34,493 nt of DNA, taken from NCBI GenBank assembly GCA_029939545.1, contig JAOZSS010000001.1, positions 4,747 to 39,239 on the forward strand, in the 5' to 3' direction. The DNA comes from Kiritimatiellia bacterium (GTDB taxonomy: Bacteria > Verrucomicrobiota > Kiritimatiellia > UBA8416 > JABMPJ01). Positions 1 to 9,070 of the stretch are shown here, one piece after another. Numbering within the stretch: position 1 is the stretch's first letter; each line of letters starts with the position of its first letter. The position numbers and the translations under genes are program-made. The notes beneath the pieces are model-generated. The model did not search any database. It worked only from the letters and a program-made list of their open reading frames with translations, and was not told where the DNA came from.

Positions 1-2
1 GC

Positions 3-599
3 CCGGTCGACATTCTGATAAACGGCGCCGGGGGCAACCATCCCAAGGGAACGACGTCGATGGAGTTCCTGACGAAAGAGGTGCTCGCACAGACTGATTC
101 CGACGCCACATCCTTCTTCGATCTCGACGCGGACGGAATCCAGTTTGTGTTCAATCTCAACTTTCTCGGCACACTGCTGCCGTCCCAGGTGTTTGCGCGC
201 GGCATGGCGGAGCGGGGCGGGGGGGTCATTATCAATACCTCCTCTATGAATGCATTCACGCCCCTGACCAAGATTCCGGCGTACAGCGGAGCAAAGGCGG
301 CGGTCAGCAACTTTACACAGTGGCTGGCGGTACACATGTCGAAGGTCGGCATCCGGGTGAATGCGATTGCCCCGGGATTCTTCCTGACCGACCAGAACCG
401 TTCGCTTCTGACCAACGAGGATGGATCGCCGACAGAACGCGGAGGCAAGATTATCAGTCAGACGCCTCTGGGCCGTTACGGCACCCCCGAGGAACTGGTA
501 GGAACGCTGTTGTGGTTGGTGTCAGATGAAGGGGCTGGGTTTGTGACGGGAACGGTGATTCCGGTGGATGGAGGGTTTGCGGCCTTCAGCGGAGTGTAA
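3..599 (+). CDS. SDR family oxidoreductase, D-mannonate oxidoreductase (UxuB/YjmF)-like; 5' end lies outside the window
   Basis: The frame is open from position 3 ([16 protein letters not shown]...). It has the catalytic YSGAK (YxxxK), [10 protein letters not shown] and C-terminal [12 protein letters not shown]. The NGAGGNHP motif is typical of Bacillus UxuB-like mannonate oxidoreductases. Confidence 0.85.
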   Translation, partial: PVDILINGAGGNHPKGTTSMEFLTKEVLAQTDSDATSFFDLDADGIQFVFNLNFLGTLLPSQVFARGMAERGGGVIINTSSMNAFTPLTKIPAYSGAKAAVSNFTQWLAVHMSKVGIRVNAIAPGFFLTDQNRSLLTNEDGSPTERGGKIISQTPLGRYGTPEELVGTLLWLVSDEGAGFVTGTVIPVDGGFAAFSGV

Positions 600-812
600 C
601 GCTCCGGGCAGGGCGAGGGGCTCTTGGCTGGGGAGCGTGGAATACCACGCTCAAGGCCTACGGGACCCTTACCTCTCGGCTCGCTGGTTGGTTAATGAGC
701 GGCCATTGAGTGTGTCGTTGGCCCCGCCGACTGGATGGTGGGGGTATGGGAAGAAACTCCGCATGACTTGTTTTGGGTATATGAGAAAAAGAAGATAAAG
801 AAAGGGAGTAAC

Positions 813-2267
813 ATGAAAGACAAAGCAGATATCGGATTGGTGGGGTTGGCGGTGATGGGGGAGAACCTCATCCTGAATATGGAGAGTAAGGGGTTCACGG
901 TGGCGTGCTTCAACCGCACAGTCAACAAGGTGGACGCCTTTATCACTGGTCGCGGTGCCGACAAGAACTTCATCGGCTGCCACAGCGTCGAAGAACTCGT
1001 AAACAGTTTGGAACGGCCGCGCAAGGTCATGATGCTGGTTAAGGCGGGCGCGCCGGTCGATGCGTTGATCGAACAGCTTCTACCCTACGTTGAGAAGGGT
1101 GACGTCATTATCGACGGCGGTAACAGCCATTACCCCGACACCATTCGCCGTTACGAGATGTTGAAGAAAAAGGGCATCCTCTATATCGGCACGGGTGTAT
1201 CCGGCGGCGAGGAAGGCGCCCTGTTGGGTCCCTCCATCATGCCCGGCGGCAGCCCCAAGGCGTGGCCGGAGGTGAAGGAGATCTTCCAGGCCATCTCGGC
1301 CAAGGCCCCGGATGGCTCGCCCTGTTGCGAGTGGGTGGGCAAGGATGGCGCCGGCCATTTTGTCAAGATGGTCCACAACGGCATCGAGTACGGCGACATG
1401 CAGTTGATCTGCGAAGCCTACCATATCATGAGCCAGGGTCTCGGCATGACGGCCGACGAGATTCAGAAGGTCTTCGCCGAGTGGAATGAAGGCGTGCTGG
1501 ATTCCTACCTGATCGAGATCACCCGCGACATCCTGGCTAAAAAGGATGATGACGGAACACCGATGGTGGATGTGATCCTCGATACGGCCGGCCAGAAGGG
1601 CACCGGCAAGTGGACCTCACAGGCTGGACTCGATCTCGGTGTGGGCATTCCGCAAATTGCCGAGGCGGTGTTCGCGCGCTGCCTGTCGGCCATCAAGGAA
1701 GAGCGCGTGGCGGCATCCTCGAAGCTGCGTGGTCCGCGGGTCAAATTCCGCGGCGACCGCGAGAAGTTCATTGAGCAACTCCGGGATGCGGTCTACGCGT
1801 CGAAGATCTGCTCCTACGCCCAGGGATACCAACTCCTGCGTGCCGCGTCTGAAGAGCACGGCTGGAAGCTCAACTACGGCGAGATCGCGCTGATGTGGCG
1901 CGGTGGCTGCATCATCCGGGCGCAGTTCCTGGATGAGATTCAGAAAGCTTTCAAACGCCGGCGCAAGTTGCCCAACCTGCTGCTCGCGCCATACTTCAAG
2001 CGTGTGGTGCGCCAGGCCCAGCGTCCGTGGCGCAAGGTCATTCAGTCCGCCGTCAAGCTGGGCATTCCAATCCCGGCGATGAGTTCGGCGCTGAACTACT
2101 ACGACTCGTATCGTTGCGAACGCCTGCCGGCCAACCTGCTGCAGGCCCAGCGCGACTACTTCGGCGCCCACACCTACGAGCGCCTGGACAAGCCGCGCGG
2201 CGAATTCTTCCACACCAACTGGACCGGCCGCGGCGGCACAACATCCGCCTCGACGTATGTCGTATAG
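813..2267 (+). CDS. gndA: NADP-dependent 6-phosphogluconate dehydrogenase (decarboxylating)
   Basis: Motifs IGLVGLAVMGENL, FNRT, IIDGGNS, GVSGGEEGA, KMVHNGIEYGDMQ, QKGTGKWT and QAQRDYFGAH. ATG at 813 follows a GGGAG RBS. Confidence 0.98.
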   Translation: MKDKADIGLVGLAVMGENLILNMESKGFTVACFNRTVNKVDAFITGRGADKNFIGCHSVEELVNSLERPRKVMMLVKAGAPVDALIEQLLPYVEKGDVIIDGGNSHYPDTIRRYEMLKKKGILYIGTGVSGGEEGALLGPSIMPGGSPKAWPEVKEIFQAISAKAPDGSPCCEWVGKDGAGHFVKMVHNGIEYGDMQLICEAYHIMSQGLGMTADEIQKVFAEWNEGVLDSYLIEITRDILAKKDDDGTPMVDVILDTAGQKGTGKWTSQAGLDLGVGIPQIAEAVFARCLSAIKEERVAASSKLRGPRVKFRGDREKFIEQLRDAVYASKICSYAQGYQLLRAASEEHGWKLNYGEIALMWRGGCIIRAQFLDEIQKAFKRRRKLPNLLLAPYFKRVVRQAQRPWRKVIQSAVKLGIPIPAMSSALNYYDSYRCERLPANLLQAQRDYFGAHTYERLDKPRGEFFHTNWTGRGGTTSASTYVV

Positions 2268-2281
2268 AGAGAAGATCGTCC

Positions 2282-3358
2282 TTGAAAAAGCTGTTGAGCG
2301 TATGTCTGGCCGCTGTATTGGTGCCGCTTGCCTACACAAGTGGCGCCGATGCTCCGGCCGCTGCCGCGAAACCGGCGGCTGAAAAGAAAGCCGAGAAGAA
2401 GAATCCCAATCTGCGCATCTGGAAGAGTGTCAGCGGAGCAGTGATCGAAGCAGAGTATGTGGAAAGCAAGTTCGGCAAGGTAGTACTTCGTGGCCTCGAC
2501 GGAAAGAATCTGACAATTCCTCTGCACCGCCTGGTTCCGAAGGATCGAGCGTGGATTAAGGAAAAGGTGGCTATACAATCGGGTCCTGTCACCGTCAAGG
2601 AACCCAAGGCCCCGAACAAACTCCCGGTCTTCTCGGGAGGAAAGCTGCACAACTACCATGCGGGTTATTCTGCAAAGAACTTCGACGCCTTGGTTGACGA
2701 GAATGGAAATATTCTCATCCACCTGAAGGACAAAGGCAAGCGAGTGGGGAAACCCATAACGTACGGGCTGCGCTGCTACTACATTGACACCTCCATTACC
2801 ACGCCCGCACACACCGGCCGGCCGATCGCGAAGCTGTCCTACGTTCCACAGCCGAAAGTTCAGCCCGACCAGATAACACTTTGCGGGCTACTCAGAGATC
2901 TTGTGTCGTTTAATATCACATTTGAGTTCAGCGAGAAGGGGATCAAGTCTTCGGGCTACTGCACAGACCCGTCGGATATCAGGGACAAGACCACCTTTCG
3001 TCTGGGTGCGAGCGTGCCGCCATCTCACAACTTTACTAACGATGATTCTATTGAGAAACGCGCAGAAATTCTAAAGGGCTGGCGCGTCGTGGCGGATACG
3101 GTTGCGGGTAAGAAAAGAGAGTTTGAGTATTCTGACTCCATCCAGGGCATGGGTGTTTCAGCTAAGACCATCCGGGTGGCAGCACCTGTTTATGGCAGTC
3201 GGCGGGTCCGCTTCACTGCGGGAGACGAAGACGCGGCACCCCTACGCCCTTATATCTACCCCGGATATTGCCCATGGCAGGGCTACTTTGTTGGCATGTA
3301 TAAGAAGGAACAGGGCGACCGATCGGCCAAGATCTCATTCAGCATGCTGGTCCAGTAG
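2282..3358 (+). CDS. Secreted protein with an SHD1 (SLA1 homology domain 1)-like domain
   Basis: TTG start at 2282 gives a signal peptide (MKKLLSVCLAAVLVPLAYTSGA) and an Ala/Lys linker. RIWKSVSGAVIEAEYV...VVLRGLDGKNLTIPLHRLVPKDRAWI matches the SHD1 pattern common in PVC secreted proteins. Confidence 0.7.
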   Translation: MKKLLSVCLAAVLVPLAYTSGADAPAAAAKPAAEKKAEKKNPNLRIWKSVSGAVIEAEYVESKFGKVVLRGLDGKNLTIPLHRLVPKDRAWIKEKVAIQSGPVTVKEPKAPNKLPVFSGGKLHNYHAGYSAKNFDALVDENGNILIHLKDKGKRVGKPITYGLRCYYIDTSITTPAHTGRPIAKLSYVPQPKVQPDQITLCGLLRDLVSFNITFEFSEKGIKSSGYCTDPSDIRDKTTFRLGASVPPSHNFTNDDSIEKRAEILKGWRVVADTVAGKKREFEYSDSIQGMGVSAKTIRVAAPVYGSRRVRFTAGDEDAAPLRPYIYPGYCPWQGYFVGMYKKEQGDRSAKISFSMLVQ

Positions 3359-3373
3359 AGGGTCTGCGCACCA

Positions 3374-4060
3374 CTAGAACGTGTAGCCCAGGCCGAGGGT
3401 GAGAACGGGGTAGAGTGTGTAGTCCTCTACCTCATCCTCCAGCTCATCTGCCTCGTTAGCGAGTGCGGCATTGAGCTGACTCTGCCGCGAGCCATCTGTG
3501 GCCGTCGCCGTGAGCGACACATTCGCGCTGCCCTGCAGCATGACGCCCAGGTCGAATACAAAGTGCCAATGTGACCCTTCCTTGGCTGCATTACCCCAAC
3601 CGATACCTGCGTACGGCGCGAAAGAATCGAAGTTAACTTGGCCATCCAAGCTCTGGACTTCGTAGTCCTCGTCGTCGATTTCGATGGTGTCGCCCGCGGT
3701 CACGGTCAGGCTGGCTTCGTTACCATTGTAGAACGCACCGGCCGACAGGCGGAAGCCGCCACCCCAGGGATGCCAATCGAGAAGTGCACCTAGCGACATA
3801 AGGTCGAGTGTCACCTCGATCTCATCGACCACTTCGTCGATATCTTCGTCGTCCTCATCGAACTCGTAATCATCATACGTGTAGCTGAAGTAGTTGCCCG
3901 ACAGCCGTACATTGACCTTCTCGCCCAAGCCGAGCGTGAGATCCATGCCTATGCCAGGCGTACCGACTTTAAGGCTCAAGCCTGAATCTCCCCACGCCGC
4001 TTCTGCACCCATCACCAGCGCCAATAGTATGGCACACACACATACAATACGTTTCACCAA
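3374..4060 (-). CDS. Outer-membrane beta-barrel protein (hypothetical)
   Basis: Signal peptide, amphipathic beta strands (VGTPGIGMDL, LLDWHPWGGGFRLSAG, FAPYAGIGWG) and C-terminal LGLGYTF ending in Phe (beta-signal). GGAGG RBS upstream of the GTG. Confidence 0.8.
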   Translation of the reverse strand: MVKRIVCVCAILLALVMGAEAAWGDSGLSLKVGTPGIGMDLTLGLGEKVNVRLSGNYFSYTYDDYEFDEDDEDIDEVVDEIEVTLDLMSLGALLDWHPWGGGFRLSAGAFYNGNEASLTVTAGDTIEIDDEDYEVQSLDGQVNFDSFAPYAGIGWGNAAKEGSHWHFVFDLGVMLQGSANVSLTATATDGSRQSQLNAALANEADELEDEVEDYTLYPVLTLGLGYTF

Positions 4061-4250
4061 CGACCTCCCTCTTTTGTTTTCCCGCGCCCAATAGCTTCCG
4101 CGACCGGGAGCGGCCTATTTTTCTCCACGTGTAACGGCCCGTCCGTTCCAGCAGCTGGCTCCGCACAGCGACCCACCTAAAAGCGAGATGGTCAGCAGGA
4201 GGAGCAATGCTTTACACTGATGGTTTATGTTGATCATGGAGAGGATTATC

Positions 4251-7200
4251 ATGGACCGAAACCGTACTGCCCGCAAGCTTCGAAGGGTCCTTCCTGCGCT
4301 GCTGGCTGCGCTGCTGCTTGGATACACGCTGACCTGCGCCGCCGCCCCGAAACCGCCGAAGCTCCTGGATCGCAAGAATGTTGTGGCCGCCGCCTCGGAA
4401 ATTACGACGGAGCTCTATCCCAATGCCGACGATGTGGTCGTCGATGAGTACATCCACACCGTCTACAAGGAAGACGGCACCTACCAGACGTGGGACGATG
4501 AGTATATCAAAGTATTGACGGAGAAAGGCAAGCGCAGTCACCAAACCGTCTCGCGCTACTACACACTGCCTTACGGGACCGTTGAAGTAACAGACTTGGC
4601 TGTGATCAAACCTGACGGCACAGTCGTGGATGTGGATGTAACGGCCAACAGCCGGATCATGGTGAATCCAAGCCAGATGAGCGCCAACATCTACAACCCC
4701 AACAGCAAGATCCTGCGCCTGGGTGTACCGGGACTGGAAATCGGCGACCTGCTCCACATCCGCGCATTCCGCGATACGGTCAAGGCGCGCGTACCGAACA
4801 CCTGGAGCGACTACACCGTTCTTGAATACACGGCCCCGATTGCCCATATGCAGATGGAGGTGCGTGGCCCCAAAGACCTGCCCCTGGCCAATATCCGCCT
4901 TTATGATGCCGTGACCAACTCGGTATCGTTCTCCGAGACCTCTTCCCTGCGCAACAAATGGTACCGCTGGGAAGTGCGCGATGTGCCGCGCATGTACCCG
5001 GAACCCAACATGCCGACACTCCACACCGTGGTCCAGCGCCTGTTGATCAGCACGATCCCGGACTGGGAAACCATCTCGCGCTGGTACTGGGAACTCTCTC
5101 TACCCCATCTCGACGCCGTGACGCCGGAGATGGAGGCGAAGGTTGTTGAGCTGGTTGAGGGTGTGAGCGACCGGACAGAGAAGATCGAACGCCTCTTCAG
5201 GTTTGTCTCACAGCAGATCCGGTACATGGGCATTACCACCGAGACCACCGCGCCAGGCTATGAGCCGCACGATGTGAATATCACGTTTGGTAACCGCTAC
5301 GGCGTCTGTCGTGACAAGGCCGCCTTGCTCGTGGCGATGCTGCGCCTGGCCGATCTTCCCGCTTATCCTGTCCTGATCCATGCCGGACCGCGCAAAGATG
5401 AGGAGGTCCCGCAACCTTTCTTCAATCACGCGGTCGTCGCCGTCGGCAACGATGACGGATCCTACACGCTGATGGACCCGACGGACGAGAACACGACTGA
5501 GATCTTTCCTTCGTACCTCAGCTACATGAGCTATCTCGTGGCGCATCCGGAAGGGGAGGGGCTGCGCACCTCGCCTGTCGTGCCGGCTTCCGAGAATCTT
5601 CTCTCCATCGATACCAAGGGCAAGCTGGGTGCCAATGGCCACCTGAGCCTCTCCAGTCGGTTGACGTTCAGTGGCATTAATGACAATGCCTACCGCAGTC
5701 ATTTCACCCGACTGAAGCCGGAAGAGCGCCGACAGTTCTTTGAAGGGCATCTCAAGCGGCGTGTGGCCGGTGCTAAACTGACCGGGCTCAGCATTACCCC
5801 GCCCAATATGCTCGATACGACGCAACCGCTGGTCGTCGCGCTCGACTATGAGGCCGCCGACTACCCCATCTGCGGAGACCGCCACACGATGCTCGCCATC
5901 CCATGGCTGAGCGATAGCCTCGGCTACGCGAACTACCTGCTCGGAAGCACCGGCCTCGATGATCGCAAGTACCCACTCTATACGCGACTGACCGCCGGGG
6001 TCGAGGAGACCTTTGCAGTGGCACTGGATCCCGTCATCGCCAGACAAGCCGCCACCCCTGAAGCCTCCACCTTGTCTGCTGAAGGACTGCGCTATGCGCA
6101 GGCTTTCAGCATAACAAACAACACATTGCTCGCCACGGCCTCGTTTATGGTCGATTCCGTGGAGTTCTCAACGGAGGCCTACCAGGGGCTGAAACAACTT
6201 CTGAAAGACCGTGAGTACGAACAGCGCAAACGTGTCATGTTTGTGGATGCCACCTCAGGTCAGCCCGAGAACGATATCCGGATTCTGTCGGACGCCCTGG
6301 TTGTTGATATTGAAGACGCTTCAAGCTGGACCTCCCGGCACAAGCTCTCCAAGCAGATTGTCACCTATGCCGGAAAGAAAGAGCACTCCGAGCTGAAACT
6401 TGGATTCAACCCGGCCTGGGAAACCGTCACATTGGCCTCCGCGCGCATCGTTAATCCCGACGGATCGGTCCACACCGTCGTGGATGAAGAGATGAACGTG
6501 ATGGACGCCGGCTGGGTCGGCGGCGCCCCGCGCTACCCGCCGGAGCGGACGCTGGTGGTCAGTTTCCCGGGCGTCGAAGAGGGCAGCGTCATCACGTACG
6601 AAGTCGTGCGCCAAGTCAGCGGCAAGCCGTTCTTCTCACTGCACAAGACATTTCAGGGCTTTGACCCTATCGACGCCTCGTCGGTCACCGTTTCCGTCCC
6701 CACCAATCTGGTGCTGACGATCAAGGATGAGAGTGGCACGGACGACTACCTAGTTGATACAACCGGTACCACCACCACACACACTTGGCGCATCGGGCCG
6801 CAGGCCGCAATCAAGCCGGAAGACAACCTGCCGCCACGCTGGACATTCCTGCCGACGCTGGTTGTGTCGGCCGGTAAGTGGAAGACCTATGCGGGAGAGT
6901 TGGATGCCCGCCTCACGGCTGCCATGACCAACGCACCGGCCTGTGAGCAGAAGGCGCGTGAGCTAACGGTCGATTGCACTGATGAGATGGAAAAGGTTCA
7001 AGTCATCCGCGATTTCGTGGCCCGCAACATCCGGAGCGCGGGGCCCTGGCTGACCGCATTGCCGTGGGAGGCCATCACCCCCGCCGATACCACGCTGGCC
7101 GACGGCTATGGCAACACAACCGACCGGGCCATTGTTCTGGCCGTCATGTTGAAAGCCGCCGGGATTGCACCCGAGTATCTTCTGGCCTCGTCGTGGGCCC

Positions 7201-8051
7201 CTCGGCTCGACACGTTGAGCGAAGACCTGCTCGACACAGCGCAAAGAGGCCTCTTCACACACCTGCTCGTACGCGTGATGGATGGTCGCCGTGCGATCTA
7301 TCTGAATGAAACCGACCATTATGCCCAGCTCGGAACCACACCGTTCGAAGGTCACCCGGCCCTCGATATGGATGGACAGCTTTCCGTTATTGAGCCCGCG
7401 CGGGCGATGAAGGAGCGATCACGGGCGGACTTCCTGCTGGAGCTCGAAGCCGATGGAGACGCGCAACTCACCGCCACACGCGCCTACTACGGCATGGCGT
7501 TCGGTGCCACGCGGCGCCTATATGAAGAGATGCCGCCCGAGGAAAGGCGACGCCATTTTATGGAGCTGGTGGCCTCGCTCGCGCAGGCAGCCACGCCGAG
7601 CGGCAAGCTCGACACCGCCTTCGACACCTACCCGGGGTTTCGCTCATTCACGGTCGACATTCCGCGTTACGCCGTGCGAGAGGGCCACTACCTCTACGTC
7701 ACACTACCCGCCGGTATAGGCGACATCCTGCGCCTCAACACCGACACCCGTGACGGCGCCTTCTACCGCCGTGAACCCCAACGCACAACGGTACGCTACG
7801 ATGTGAAGCTGCCCTCCAACACCAAACAGGTCCTCCTCCTGCCACCGGAGATCGACTGGAAGGGCCCGGACGGCCTCGGCACCATCCGATTCGAGCAACG
7901 GCCCACCGACGACCCCCTGCACCTGACCCTCATGCAGGAAGTCAACCTGAACCCCGCCGTCATCCGCCCCGAAGCCTACCCCGTCCTCCTCGACCTCCAC
8001 CAACAGCTCCAGCACCCATCCGTTCGGACGATACTGATTGAACTGGAGTGA
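4251..8051 (+). CDS. Exported tandem DUF3857 plus transglutaminase-like domain protein (two modules)
   Basis: ATG at 4251 after GGAGAGG, then a signal peptide. DUF3857-type segments (LGVPGLEIGD; VSFPGVEEGSVITYE). First transglutaminase core: IRYMG, GVCRDKAALLVAML, FNHAVV, MDPT. The second core is degenerate. Confidence 0.9.
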   Translation: MDRNRTARKLRRVLPALLAALLLGYTLTCAAAPKPPKLLDRKNVVAAASEITTELYPNADDVVVDEYIHTVYKEDGTYQTWDDEYIKVLTEKGKRSHQTVSRYYTLPYGTVEVTDLAVIKPDGTVVDVDVTANSRIMVNPSQMSANIYNPNSKILRLGVPGLEIGDLLHIRAFRDTVKARVPNTWSDYTVLEYTAPIAHMQMEVRGPKDLPLANIRLYDAVTNSVSFSETSSLRNKWYRWEVRDVPRMYPEPNMPTLHTVVQRLLISTIPDWETISRWYWELSLPHLDAVTPEMEAKVVELVEGVSDRTEKIERLFRFVSQQIRYMGITTETTAPGYEPHDVNITFGNRYGVCRDKAALLVAMLRLADLPAYPVLIHAGPRKDEEVPQPFFNHAVVAVGNDDGSYTLMDPTDENTTEIFPSYLSYMSYLVAHPEGEGLRTSPVVPASENLLSIDTKGKLGANGHLSLSSRLTFSGINDNAYRSHFTRLKPEERRQFFEGHLKRRVAGAKLTGLSITPPNMLDTTQPLVVALDYEAADYPICGDRHTMLAIPWLSDSLGYANYLLGSTGLDDRKYPLYTRLTAGVEETFAVALDPVIARQAATPEASTLSAEGLRYAQAFSITNNTLLATASFMVDSVEFSTEAYQGLKQLLKDREYEQRKRVMFVDATSGQPENDIRILSDALVVDIEDASSWTSRHKLSKQIVTYAGKKEHSELKLGFNPAWETVTLASARIVNPDGSVHTVVDEEMNVMDAGWVGGAPRYPPERTLVVSFPGVEEGSVITYEVVRQVSGKPFFSLHKTFQGFDPIDASSVTVSVPTNLVLTIKDESGTDDYLVDTTGTTTTHTWRIGPQAAIKPEDNLPPRWTFLPTLVVSAGKWKTYAGELDARLTAAMTNAPACEQKARELTVDCTDEMEKVQVIRDFVARNIRSAGPWLTALPWEAITPADTTLADGYGNTTDRAIVLAVMLKAAGIAPEYLLASSWAPRLDTLSEDLLDTAQRGLFTHLLVRVMDGRRAIYLNETDHYAQLGTTPFEGHPALDMDGQLSVIEPARAMKERSRADFLLELEADGDAQLTATRAYYGMAFGATRRLYEEMPPEERRRHFMELVASLAQAATPSGKLDTAFDTYPGFRSFTVDIPRYAVREGHYLYVTLPAGIGDILRLNTDTRDGAFYRREPQRTTVRYDVKLPSNTKQVLLLPPEIDWKGPDGLGTIRFEQRPTDDPLHLTLMQEVNLNPAVIRPEAYPVLLDLHQQLQHPSVRTILIELE

Positions 8052-8080
8052 CGGCAGGTGTTCTTCCAAAAGGCTGGTGG
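7830..8080 (+). repeat. Direct repeat copy 1: 3' end of the DUF3857/transglutaminase gene plus ~30 nt downstream
   Basis: 7830-8051 aligns without gaps to 10710-10931 (offset 2880; 12 mismatches in 222 nt by manual count). The distal part and the post-stop TGACGGCAGRTGTTCTTCCAAA also match 11703-11853. Confidence 0.97.
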
Positions 8081-8242
8081 CATCTTGCATTGTGTACGGA
8101 AACGTATATTTTCGTGAGTAGAGGGGGGCATGGCTGGGGGCTTTGCTCCAAGTAACTGATGGATGTAGGCAGAACTCCTTGATAGCCTTCGAGGACATCA
8201 AAGCGATAGCCGTTTCTGACTGCCCTAACCGCGAGAGTTATC

Positions 8243-9070
8243 ATGAAATATGCAACTGCGCTGCTCACAGCGATTTCCTTCATCACGTTTCAAATCCAGC
8301 CGACTGTTGCAGGTGTTGATTGCGGGAGTGACGATTTTGATGACAATATCAAGAATACGAATCTCTGGGGGACAGACCTGGACTTCGGGCCGGATGGTGG
8401 CCTTGTGGAAACCCATGGCAGACTGGAGTTCTGGGGCACTGGACCCGCTATTCGACCGTATGCATGGAGCTACCGAAGCTACGGTCGGGATTGGGAGACT
8501 ATCACCGACGTCAGTCTCGGTGACGTTCAATTGAACCAACCTGATTCCCACGTCCAGATGTTCATAGTGGCGGCGAATCGGGCAGACACCAACCTGATAA
8601 GTGGATTACCAGGTGACCACTTAGTCATGGTGTTGGATCTCTACTCCAGCACAGGTGTCGGGGCTGCTCGGACCTTCGAGGTGAATTTTCGGACGGATTG
8701 GAATGAACTTGAGCCTAGAACCAATGTCCTCACAGCGAGCGAGCAGGCAGGCCTCCGCATCAGCTTCGATGCGACGAGCAAAACCCTGACGGGGTGGTAT
8801 GACGCCAACGGTAGTGTGGGAGGTTATGATTGGACAGCCCTACGTTCGAGACAAGTTGATGTTACGGGCAGCAACTGGCAGATGACGAGCAATTCTACTT
8901 TTGCCGTGTTCGTTGGCGCGAGTTGCGAATCCTTCGATGTCACATCCAACGATCTTGTCTATGTCGACACGTTTATGATGACAGATCAAGCACGGAAACC
9001 ACTTACGGAAAGTGGATGCGTCACTGTTCAAAGGAGAGCCCGCCAAGCCTTCAGCCGTTCTCATCCGTAG
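8243..9070 (+). CDS. Secreted hypothetical beta-rich protein, possibly C-terminally truncated
   Basis: Signal peptide (MKYATALLTAISFITFQIQPTVAG), DDFDDN motif and Trp/Gly/Thr-rich beta-sandwich-like content. The tail overlaps the convergent fic gene. Confidence 0.65.
   Translation: MKYATALLTAISFITFQIQPTVAGVDCGSDDFDDNIKNTNLWGTDLDFGPDGGLVETHGRLEFWGTGPAIRPYAWSYRSYGRDWETITDVSLGDVQLNQPDSHVQMFIVAANRADTNLISGLPGDHLVMVLDLYSSTGVGAARTFEVNFRTDWNELEPRTNVLTASEQAGLRISFDATSKTLTGWYDANGSVGGYDWTALRSRQVDVTGSNWQMTSNSTFAVFVGASCESFDVTSNDLVYVDTFMMTDQARKPLTESGCVTVQRRARQAFSRSHP

Noticed and set aside
735-812. Extended N-termini from the ORF track (gndA from 735; also 2027, 11518, 13119, 17136, 26785, 27732, 30281, 32045)
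   Set aside because: Family homology and RBS positions begin at downstream starts; the extensions overlap neighbouring genes or intergenic DNA.
600-812. Riboswitch or ncRNA between the SDR gene and gndA
   Set aside because: There is some GC-rich hairpin potential but no recognisable aptamer consensus; an Rfam/Infernal search would be needed.
4212-5024. Long antisense or alternate-frame ORFs (e.g. 4212-5024, 5208-6047, 19391-20416, 22609-23475, 33071-33751, 33261-33755)
   Set aside because: These are shadow ORFs of well-supported genes in GC-rich DNA, with no recognisable motifs.
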